64,000 bases of DNA from the NCBI GenBank assembly GCA_001791325.1, contig MGEK01000039.1:1175-65174 (forward strand), read 5' to 3'. The stretch's first letter is position 1, and every line of letters starts with the position of its first letter. Source of the stretch: Candidatus Uhrbacteria bacterium RIFCSPLOWO2_01_FULL_47_25. Its GTDB lineage: Bacteria > Patescibacteriota > Patescibacteriia > GWA2-46-9. Made by a program: the position numbers and the translations under genes. Positions 19,146 through 26,538 of this stretch are shown in pieces. The notes below the pieces were generated by a model. It saw nothing but the letters and a program-made list of their open reading frames with translations. It did no database searches and was not told where the DNA came from.

Positions 19146-20294
19146 TTATTCGTTGTCGGTGAATATATCAATGTAGTTCTTATACATATATGACTGCCTG
19201 TACTTCTTGCCCTTATCCTTTGGAATTAAAATACCCATTTTGATAAATCTATCAATAACTGTTTGTGCGCCAGCGCGAGTAAAGCCAGTCCATTTTTGAA
19301 TAACACTAACAGTTACAATGGGCTGCGCATATAATTTTGGTAACACCAAAGCTGCGCTTTCAGAAGCGCGTTTGCCAAGAGTTTGAATTTCGAGCAGGTC
19401 TTTCTCGCGCAAGATAGTGATTTTACCGACAGTATCTATTGCTTCGTTAGCAATTTCAATGACACCCTCAAGAAAGAAATCTATCCAATCCGATATGTTA
19501 CCATTATGGTAACTCAACAACTTTTCGTAATACAATTTTTGGTATTTTTTGAAAAAAGACGACAAAAACAAGACCGGCTTTTCCAAGTAGCCCTCTTTCC
19601 AAAGGTAAAAGGTAATCAACATTCTTCCGGTTCTGCCATTGCCATCCAAAAACGGGTGAATGGTTTCAAATTGAGCATGAATTAGTCCGGCTTTTATTAC
19701 GGTTGGTATTGCGTCGTCGGTATGAATAAACTTTTCCAAATCATTAAGCGCGCGATGCATTTCATCAACTGGCGGCGGAACAAAATTTGCGTTATCTGGG
19801 CGAGTACCGCCAATCCAATTTTGACTTTTACGGAATTCGCCCGGGTCGGAAAAATGTGTTGCGCGTGCTTTCTGCATAAGTTGCTTGTGCAGTTCACGAA
19901 TAAACCGGAGGACCATTGGAAAACCGTCTGTTCTCATTCTTTTTATTCCATAGTTGAGCGCCTTGATGTAGTGAAGAATGTCATCTACATCATCCGGTAT
20001 TTTCGTATCTATTTTTGCTTCCGCCGCGATTGCATCTATCATGGTCGCTCTCGTACCTTCAATTTGGCTGGAGGAAGCTGCGTCTTTTCGTAAATACATC
20101 AAAAGAAAAAAGTCAGCGTCCGGTAGTAATTTGGTAATGCCGTCCAATTTGCCAAGCAGGCGAGTGGCTTCATTGTTCTTTTTAAGGATATTTTGATCAA
20201 AACCAACCCCCTCCTTTGGTGGAAAGGGGTGCGGAATAAAAGCTTTAAATCCAGCAGGTTGCGCTTTGTATACGCCCATCTCAATGTTTTGCAT
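19146..20294 (-). CDS. Fic/DOC family protein (AMPylation-type Fic motif; class II with an N-terminal inhibitory motif)
   Basis: Canonical Fic motif IHPFLDGNGRTGR. An SxxxEG-type inhibitory motif (SSQIEG) lies N-terminal in the same chain. Confidence 0.85.
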   Translation of the reverse strand: MQNIEMGVYKAQPAGFKAFIPHPFPPKEGVGFDQNILKKNNEATRLLGKLDGITKLLPDADFFLLMYLRKDAASSSQIEGTRATMIDAIAAEAKIDTKIPDDVDDILHYIKALNYGIKRMRTDGFPMVLRFIRELHKQLMQKARATHFSDPGEFRKSQNWIGGTRPDNANFVPPPVDEMHRALNDLEKFIHTDDAIPTVIKAGLIHAQFETIHPFLDGNGRTGRMLITFYLWKEGYLEKPVLFLSSFFKKYQKLYYEKLLSYHNGNISDWIDFFLEGVIEIANEAIDTVGKITILREKDLLEIQTLGKRASESAALVLPKLYAQPIVTVSVIQKWTGFTRAGAQTVIDRFIKMGILIPKDKGKKYRQSYMYKNYIDIFTDNE

Positions 20295-20401
20295 AGTTTG
20301 TTTACATCTTTAGTTAATGTATACAAAGTATATCAGTTTGTATATTTTATGTCAAGTAAAGTTTACAAACTGCGAGGTGAATACCCCGAAGCCAAGACAC
20401 C

Positions 20402-21451
20402 TCATTTCGTTCTCTCAATAATTTTGACTATTCCATTATTAGCGTCTAATTCCACCAAATCGTTGTTTTGTAAAATTTTAGTGGCATTTTTTGTGCCAAC
20501 AATACAAGGAATATTTAGCTCTCTGCTGATTATAGCGGCGTGGCAGGCGATTCCGCCTTCGTTTGTTACTATACCCAAAACATTTTTCAAATAAGGCGTG
20601 AATTTTATGGAAGTCATCGGCGCCACCACTATTTTGTTGTCTAAATTATTCAGATCCGATTCTCTCAAGATCAGCCGAACTCGGCCTTTTATTAAACCCT
20701 TGTTGGCGACACTACCTTTAATAAAATCGGTTTGATTTTTTTCTTCTTTAATATTGCTTTTTAAAATTTGCTTGGCTTTTGCACCAGTTAAAATTTTTGT
20801 TTTACCGCCATTAACAGTTAAAAATAAAATAAGTTTTTTTCTTTCTCCTAAAATATTTTCTTTTATCTTTTTGTTATCTTTTAGCAAGTCAATTATTTCG
20901 TCTGGTAAGGCGTAAAATAATAGGTCGCTCTTAATTTTCTTTCTTTTTCCTATTTCTTGAAAAAAAAGTGGTAAAAAATCTTTCTGAATTTTTTCATAGT
21001 CAGCTATTCCTCTCGCTTCTCTTAATTTGTCTTTTATCGCCTGCGACAAATCATTCTCGTTTAATACCATGCCAAAATATTTTGGCAATGTAAAAAGAGG
21101 AAAATAATTTTGATAAATATTAACAAAATCAGTAAAAATTTTCAGCAGTTGTTTGTCTGTAAAATTATCTAATTTTTTACATTCTAAAAATTTTTTCAGC
21201 CTTTCGTTTTGCTTCTTCAGTTTGTCAAGTATTTTTTCAAAAATTTCAAGCTTCTTAGTTTTTAATTCATTCAGAAACTCATCATATTCGCTCTTTAAAC
21301 GCCATGAATGGACAATGCCATTTTCATGCATCATTAAAAAATTTTTCAGATTTTTTCCAATATTTTTTTTGTAATTCTTAAGATAGCCTATCATTATGCA
21401 ATAGGTTGTGAATAAATCGCATTCTCTCTCGGTAAATTTTGTCCATTCCAT
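20402..21451 (-). CDS. hypothetical protein with a C-terminal PEP-utilising enzyme mobile domain
   Basis: C-terminus NEGGIACHAAIISRELNIPCIVGTKNAT is the swivel-domain signature. The N-terminal ~240 aa is Lys/Asn-rich and unassigned. Confidence 0.6.
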   Translation of the reverse strand: MEWTKFTERECDLFTTYCIMIGYLKNYKKNIGKNLKNFLMMHENGIVHSWRLKSEYDEFLNELKTKKLEIFEKILDKLKKQNERLKKFLECKKLDNFTDKQLLKIFTDFVNIYQNYFPLFTLPKYFGMVLNENDLSQAIKDKLREARGIADYEKIQKDFLPLFFQEIGKRKKIKSDLLFYALPDEIIDLLKDNKKIKENILGERKKLILFLTVNGGKTKILTGAKAKQILKSNIKEEKNQTDFIKGSVANKGLIKGRVRLILRESDLNNLDNKIVVAPMTSIKFTPYLKNVLGIVTNEGGIACHAAIISRELNIPCIVGTKNATKILQNNDLVELDANNGIVKIIERTK

Positions 21452-21458
21452 AGGTTTG

Positions 21459-22268
21459 TTATAATTTAATTTTTTCTGTCCCGACTAGCTCTCTTTTTTT
21501 ATCAAAATGAAATTCCTCACAGAAATGTGGTACCTCATCAATTGAAAATTGACCTTGCTGTTTTTCATAGCTCATTTGGCCCAATGGGCCACTATGGCCA
21601 ACGGCAAACAAAATGATAGGCGACTGTCGCTGGTCGGATTGCGGTCTTTCAGACTTTGTAACAACGCTATGTACTAATTCCATAAACTGTTTATATCTTT
21701 CGGCCGCTTTTTTCGGCAGTTTTGTTTTTTCAAATTTAACATTGGGTTCATTCATTGCGTGAAAATATTGTAAAAGCGCTTCCATTTCGTTTATGGCATT
21801 TGGGCCCTTTGTCATTTCTGCGTACGGCTTCCAAGTGTCAGGGTGCGCGTCGGCTAGTAATTTAACTAGTTCTGTACTGTCAATTTCCAACATATCAATT
21901 CGTTTTGCATTTTTCTTGTCTTGAGATTCGCCTTGTGCTTCCAGTTGAGCCAAGCGAGCCGTGGCAAGATGTCTGGTCAGTTGCGTGCGGTCTTTTCCGC
22001 TATCCATCACAACTAAAATACTCTCTTTGGGCAATTGTGCGTAAAGATTGTCAGCTAACCGTAAACTGCGGATAATACCGTCTAATTTTAGTGGTGCTTC
22101 TCCCAATTTAACAACTTCCGGAAAATCGTTTTCCAAAACAGATATAACCAAGTTAAATTCTTTCGCCGTCAATTTTGATTTCAATTCCTCCGGATTCAAT
22201 TTCCACGTTCCTTTGTCGGCATGACGAGTGATTATAGATTCTTGATTTTCAAGAAATTTTTCAGTCAT
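21459..22268 (-). CDS. hypothetical protein (co-oriented immediately upstream of the swivel-domain protein)
   Basis: 269 aa; no confident family. Confidence 0.45.
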   Translation of the reverse strand: MTEKFLENQESIITRHADKGTWKLNPEELKSKLTAKEFNLVISVLENDFPEVVKLGEAPLKLDGIIRSLRLADNLYAQLPKESILVVMDSGKDRTQLTRHLATARLAQLEAQGESQDKKNAKRIDMLEIDSTELVKLLADAHPDTWKPYAEMTKGPNAINEMEALLQYFHAMNEPNVKFEKTKLPKKAAERYKQFMELVHSVVTKSERPQSDQRQSPIILFAVGHSGPLGQMSYEKQQGQFSIDEVPHFCEEFHFDKKRELVGTEKIKL

Positions 22269-22384
22269 ATTTTTGAGTTAGTAATATTTATAAAATCGTT
22301 TTCTGAGCGACGAGAGGAGCGAAGAAAACACCATATACCCCCCTCTTAAAAAATAAAAATAAAATTTATTCATTATAGAAAAGT

Positions 22385-22580
22385 GTTAGGCGTTAGCCGT
22401 AAAAAGAAAAGCATATTTCGTATAACGTTTAAGTGTATGCGAAGTTGAAAAACCCCGCTGCCTTGATTTAATTGTATCAAAAAAAGCGGGGTTTTTCAAC
22501 TTGGGTGAAAGACATGGCACAATTCTTTAGTTACATTAAAAAGTGTGCCAGTCCTAAACCGCATACACTTTGTTAGGCGA
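22385..22580. repeat. attC-like repeat, diverged copy H
   Basis: GTGTTAGGCGTTAGCC ... CGTATAACGTT-GTGTATGCGAAGT-[16-bp perfect stem AGTTGAAAAACCCCGC/GCGGGGTTTTTCAACT]-TGGGTGAAAG ... CCGCATACACTTTGTTAGGCGATGTA. Confidence 0.5.
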
Positions 22581-22626
22581 TGTAAAAACAAGTTCTTTCC
22601 TTAATTCGGGAATAAGGAAAATTATA

Positions 22627-22884
22627 TTAAGCGCCCTTCTCAGCAAGTCTTTTTATTACTGCTTTGTCAATAACATCCCTCACTACGGAGTGTATTTTTT
22701 TCCCGCCATCTTCAGTGAACAATGCTTCGACTTTGGGGAACCATGGCTTGTCTTCGCACATTTTTCTTGCATCACCAGACTCCCATCCCAAAAAATTATT
22801 AAATGCCGCTAGCTCACCATCAGTTAATTGATTAAGAGCCATGTTCGCAGCAGCCTCCAACTGCGGTGGTTGTTCTCTGTTCAT
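22627..22884 (-). CDS. hypothetical protein (cassette ORF)
   Basis: 85-aa ORF bounded by attC-like repeats on both sides. Confidence 0.4.
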   Translation of the reverse strand: MNREQPPQLEAAANMALNQLTDGELAAFNNFLGWESGDARKMCEDKPWFPKVEALFTEDGGKKIHSVVRDVIDKAVIKRLAEKGA

Positions 22885-22974
22885 AGGTTTGTATGATTAA
22901 AATTTATAAGTGTCTTTTGTATAAATAGCTTAATATAATTTTCGTTAAAATTCAATAGAACTTGTTTTTATTTC

Positions 22975-23330
22975 ACCTAAGGTCCGCGGCATATCCCTGC
23001 AGTGACGCGAGCCCCGCCCTACGGGGCGAGTGGCATTGCGGATATGCCGCTGTTATGCGATGTGCGCCGCGCGCACGCCTGCCCGCCGAAGTATGGGGTG
23101 TTTGAATTCAGCATCTTAGTGAATAAGGAACGAAGGCGGGAGCAGAACAGCGGGAACCGCGGACCTTATGCAAAATGCACGGCGCATTTTGCATAACGTT
23201 TCGGCATATCTGATGTTTGCCGTAGCGTAGCGAAGGCAAATATGGGTGAATAAATTTTGCATTCCTTAGCATTATTATAGCGCAAAATTTATGAACCAGA
23301 TATGCCGTGTTATGCGATGCTGCAAAAATA
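22975..23330. repeat. attC-like modular palindromic repeat, copy C (long form)
   Basis: AAGGTCCGCGG...GCTGTTATGCGATGTGCGCCGCGCGCAC...CAGAACAGCGGGAACCGCGGACCTTATGCAAAATGCACGGCGCATTTTGCATAACGTTTCGGCATATCTGATGTTTGCCG...CAAATATGGGTG...CCAGATATGCCGTGTTATGCGATGC. The outer stem is the covariant GGTCCGCGG/CCGCGGACC. Confidence 0.65.
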
Positions 23331-23336
23331 TTTTAT

Positions 23337-24110
23337 TTATTTGTAAAGATAACCTACTCCTAGAATCATTGATTGTCCAAATTTTTTCTTATCTTTATTA
23401 TCGACAAACGTTAGCAACGGTACCCCCTTCTTTTTACACTCCTCATGTTGATAAATGTTTTGACCCAAAATTATTTTTTTCCACGCTTTATTTACTTCCT
23501 CGTATGCGATAATGTCGTGAAATGCGGCCAGCCCATTTTTATCCAAAAAATAATTATAGTTTTTCCAATCATTTAATACCGACTTACATGTATGATCTCC
23601 ATCAATAAATAAAAAATCCACCTTCCTATTGCCCAAATACTCTTTTAGGTCTTCTCGTGCTTTTTTAGAGGTAGACTTCCTTCTAATATGCAAATAGTTA
23701 TTTTTTAGATAAAAATGCCTAAGTTTATTAATCGTGTCTTCATATGTATAGAACTGTTTTTCATATTTAGATCCCGTTATATAAGGATCAATAGTGATGA
23801 AGGTTGTTCCCGAATTACCAAGAGCTGCAGATAATAGGTAAATAAAGCCACCACGTGCCGATCCTATTTCTAAAATAATTTTGGGTCTTCTTCTTCTTAT
23901 TTTTTCTAAGGTGTGAACAATCTCAAGCGGGGTTTGCCCCACGTCTGGACACTCAAAATTTGGACAATCAATTCTTAGTTTTTCTGTAATGTATTTTATT
24001 CTTTTGTTCATAATTAAATATTTTTGCAGTTTCACATAACGTCCGGGTATCATGCGCTCGTACTCGTATGGCGCATATACCCTGTTAGGCGATGTAAATA
24101 TTTTGCTCAA
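23337..24110 (-). CDS. class I SAM-dependent methyltransferase (TylF/MycF-like Methyltransf_24-type family)
   Basis: Motif I ILEIGSARGG and LFIDGDHT. The track ORF begins with TTG and overlaps attC-like copy D, so the true start is probably an internal ATG (MIPGRY or MNKRIK). Confidence 0.6.
   Translation of the reverse strand: MSKIFTSPNRVYAPYEYERMIPGRYVKLQKYLIMNKRIKYITEKLRIDCPNFECPDVGQTPLEIVHTLEKIRRRRPKIILEIGSARGGFIYLLSAALGNSGTTFITIDPYITGSKYEKQFYTYEDTINKLRHFYLKNNYLHIRRKSTSKKAREDLKEYLGNRKVDFLFIDGDHTCKSVLNDWKNYNYFLDKNGLAAFHDIIAYEEVNKAWKKIILGQNIYQHEECKKKGVPLLTFVDNKDKKKFGQSMILGVGYLYK
24030..24100. repeat. attC-like repeat, copy D (minimal ~70-bp form)
   Basis: CACATAACG-TCCGGGTATCATGCGC-loop-GCGCATATACCC-TGTTAGGCGATGTA. 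Confidence 0.55.
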
Positions 24111-24177
24111 TGAGATAAAAAATGAGAGTTGGGCGAGAGGGTTGGGTTTCCTCTCGCGCCCGTGAGCTGATTGTACA

Positions 24178-24411
24178 CTACGCAGATTGATCGAGGCGAC
24201 GCAAGCTCTTCACGGTAACGCCATGGGAGACCGTTTCGCCATCCCAGACGATCGGTACCTCCCAAGGATCGTAGAGACATTTCGGGCCTCCGAATGCTGC
24301 TTGCACCGTCCCGATTTTCTTCGCGTCGACGTGCTGAACTCGAAGCCCCGCAGGAAAATCATCGTCGATTTGTGCCATGAGTGACTCCTTACTGTCTGTG
24401 GTGGTGCCCAA
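24178..24411 (-). CDS. hypothetical protein (visibly GC-richer cassette ORF)
   Basis: 77-aa ORF whose composition differs from the AT-rich neighbours; flanked by attC-like repeats. Confidence 0.35.
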   Translation of the reverse strand: MGTTTDSKESLMAQIDDDFPAGLRVQHVDAKKIGTVQAAFGGPKCLYDPWEVPIVWDGETVSHGVTVKSLRRLDQSA

Positions 24412-24439
24412 CTCTCATTTTTTATCAATATCAATGGAC

Positions 24440-24745
24440 AAAATATTTATTTCGCCTAACGGCTCGCGGCTATGCGGAGTCCTGAAGGAATTGTATCACA
24501 ATTCCTGAAGGATTACGTATAGCCGCTGTTAGGCGATGTGCGCCGCGCGCACAAGCATAACAGCGGGAACCGCGAGCCGTTATGCAAAATGCGCGGCGCA
24601 TTTTGCCTAACGTTCGCGCATATCTGATGTTTGCGGCTGGTATAATATAACGCCGATAGGCGTTTTACCAGCCGCAAATATGGGTGGAGGCTTGGCGTCA
24701 GCCAAGCCGTAGCCAGATATGCGCTGTTATATGATGTAACAATAC
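24440..24745. repeat. attC-like modular palindromic repeat, copy E (long form)
   Basis: CGCCTAACGGCTCGCGG-hairpin-GCTGTTAGGCGATGTGCGCCGCGCGCAC-AAGCATAACAGCGGGAACCGCGAGCCGTTATGCAAAATGCGCGGCGCATTTTGCCTAACGTTCGCGCATATCTGATGTTTGCGGCTGG...CCAGCCGCAAATATGGGTG...CCAGATATGCGCTGTTATATGATGTA. Confidence 0.65.
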
Positions 24746-24793
24746 ATTCTTAACTCCGACCGAAGAGAGGAGTTATGGAAATCAGGGTAATTT

Positions 24794-25288
24794 TTAATCA
24801 AAAAATTCGCAACGTTTATTGTACAGTAGCTCATTAACCTCAACCATAATTGCTTTTAACTCCGCAAAAAGTGCAAGGATGGGATGACCGTCGGAAACCT
24901 CGTAATGAGGGTAACCACTGGCAGGTGTTATTAGTGTGAGGCTTTTTGCGGCTTCCTGTATTTGTTTGTGAAGAGCATCGGCCCTGTCAGCTAGTTGATT
25001 GTATCTTTCTCCTTTTTCTTTTTGCTCTGCCTCCAAAGCGTCTATATCAACCTTTGGAATGAGGCGAGCTATTTTAACTTGCTCCACCTCCGCATATGTG
25101 TGCTTGCCTCTAACTTCTTTTAATTCTTCTGGTGTTGTGTTTTGATGACCACGCCTTCTGCTAGGTTCAAGCGCATAAATTAGATCACCTGCTGTCCCGA
25201 TCCAGTCATTCCAAAGGTGGCCTGAAAATTGTTTCCGTTTGAATGGTTCGTAATATTCTGGTGGCGGTTTAAGGTCTTCTGTAGACAT
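24794..25288 (-). CDS. hypothetical protein (cassette ORF)
   Basis: 164 aa, no family recognised; bounded by repeats. Confidence 0.45.
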   Translation of the reverse strand: MSTEDLKPPPEYYEPFKRKQFSGHLWNDWIGTAGDLIYALEPSRRRGHQNTTPEELKEVRGKHTYAEVEQVKIARLIPKVDIDALEAEQKEKGERYNQLADRADALHKQIQEAAKSLTLITPASGYPHYEVSDGHPILALFAELKAIMVEVNELLYNKRCEFFD

Positions 25289-25354
25289 ATTTTTTGATTA
25301 CAATAAAATTGCCCTGATTTCCAGCCGCCGCGTCAGCGGCGGAAAGAATGTATT

Positions 25355-25460
25355 GTTATTTCATATAACGTTCGCATATATCTGATGTTGCGACTGAAAG
25401 GAGCGATATGGACAAAACGAAGCGGAGCCAGATATACGCTTGTTGTGCGATGTTAGCGAG
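25355..25460. repeat. attC-like repeat, copy F (partial: 3' modules only)
   Basis: CATATAACGTTCGCATATATCTGATGTTGCG...GAGCCAGATATACGCTTGTTGTGCGATGTTAG. Confidence 0.5.
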
Positions 25461-25463
25461 CAT

Positions 25464-25745
25464 TCATCGATAGACGCACGGATAGCACCGACTCGTTTCC
25501 GTATTGCAGGAGTGCGACACTTTTTCTCCCGGAATGAATTTTGCCCCCGTAAAAGAGGCACACCAGCAGTCATCATCTGATTGACACACCGTGTTTTCAT
25601 TAGTTTCTGAAATTTCCACATTCACTGCCTCGGGCTGAGGCTGTACGAATTGAAATCTAAGAAAAAGTGCCGCTCCGATTGCTACCACAATCAGAATCAC
25701 TATTCCTAACGCCGTTTTAATTATCATAGTGTTTATATAATGCAA
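25464..25745 (-). CDS. hypothetical small Cys-rich membrane-anchored/secreted protein (cassette ORF)
   Basis: N-terminal hydrophobic anchor followed by a Cys-rich C-terminal domain (CQSDDDCWC...CNTETSRCYPC). Confidence 0.4.
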   Translation of the reverse strand: MHYINTMIIKTALGIVILIVVAIGAALFLRFQFVQPQPEAVNVEISETNENTVCQSDDDCWCASFTGAKFIPGEKVSHSCNTETSRCYPCVYR

Positions 25746-25784
25746 AACCTTTTTAAATCAGCAGAACAAGCTCGCCAATTTCGT

Positions 25785-26075
25785 ACAAGGTCCGCGGCAT
25801 ATCCTTGCAGTGACGCGAGAGCGCGTACGCTCGAGCGGCATTGCGGATATGCCGCTGTTATGCGATGTGCGCCGCGCGCACGAGCAGAACAGCGGGAACC
25901 GCGGACCTTATGCAAAATGCGCGGCGCATTTTGCATAACGTATCGGGATAAGCGAAGTTTTTACGAAGTGAAACGAAGTAAAAATTTGGGTGAAGGGCAA
26001 ATGCAACTCATTAATGTAAGTAATAAATCGCATTTGCCCTGAACCGCTTATCCCGTGTTAGGCGATGAATTTTTG
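25785..26075. repeat. attC-like modular palindromic repeat, copy G
   Basis: CAAGGTCCGCGG...GCTGTTATGCGATGTGCGCCGCGCGCACGAGCAGAACAGCGGGAACCGCGGACCTTATGCAAAATGCGCGGCGCATTTTGCATAACGTATCGGGATAAGCG...CGCTTATCCCGTGTTAGGCGATGAA. Confidence 0.6.
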
Positions 26076-26081
26076 AAACTA

Positions 26082-26390
26082 TTAGACGGGTAATTTTTTA
26101 ATATCGTTGTGCGGATGTAGATTGATACGAATTGCATCAACTATATCAATTTTACTCTCGTCGATACCACCGACATCTGGAAGGCTGCTTAATTCATGTT
26201 CTATATCTGTTTGTGTCAATTCGTCCTTTTCTAATTTTTTTAAAAGACGCTTTTTTGCTTGTTCCGCCACGCCCAAAGTAATGGATAGTCTATGCTCTAA
26301 TTTTGGAGGCGGAAGTTCTCTCAATATTTTGTCTAAAATTGGCGTGGCGGAAGCAGCCTGCTCCCTTCCTTCGTGTCCCATATTTTCCAT
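26082..26390 (-). CDS. hypothetical protein (integrase-proximal cassette ORF)
   Basis: 102 aa; first minus-strand ORF next to the divergently transcribed recombinase. Confidence 0.4.
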   Translation of the reverse strand: MENMGHEGREQAASATPILDKILRELPPPKLEHRLSITLGVAEQAKKRLLKKLEKDELTQTDIEHELSSLPDVGGIDESKIDIVDAIRINLHPHNDIKKLPV

Positions 26391-26538
26391 ATGATTTATG
26401 TTAGAAATTAGTTAATAGTTTCAAAAATTTTTCGCCTAACTCGTTTATATGCGACGTGTTTTCGTATATGATACACAATATTGCTTAATGAACGAATATC
26501 GTTTATAATGACAATATGTCATTATAATATCACTAAAA
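26391..26538. promoter_or_regulatory. divergent intergenic region between first cassette and recombinase (candidate attI / cassette promoter region)
   Basis: AT-rich. Contains GCCTAACTCG and CGTGTT boxes resembling the repeat cores, plus -10-like TATAAT/TATGAT hexamers on both strands. Confidence 0.3.

Noticed and set aside
24590-24700. CTGATG…AAAT segments inside the long repeats (e.g. CATATCTGATGTTTGCGGCTGG…CCAGCCGCAAATATGGGTG) briefly looked like a hammerhead-ribozyme core (CUGAUGA–stem II–GAAA).
   Set aside because: The invariant GAAA and the correct three-stem junction are missing. The sequence after CUGAUG is U-rich rather than A, so a hammerhead or another known small ribozyme fold is not supported.
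18700-24740. Xer dif / pdif-module interpretation of the repeat cores (TTATG…, GCGCATA… resemble dif arms).
   Set aside because: dif/pdif sites are 28-bp 11-6-11 units. These elements are 70-380-bp nested hairpins with RYYYAAC/GTTRRRY-type terminal boxes, which is much closer to attC architecture. Involvement of a Xer-like enzyme is kept only as a hypothesis in the findings.
25361-25621. 86-aa minus-strand ORF overlapping repeat copy F and the neighbouring Cys-rich ORF.
   Set aside because: It reads through the attC-like repeat and overlaps 25464..25745 out of frame; probably spurious.
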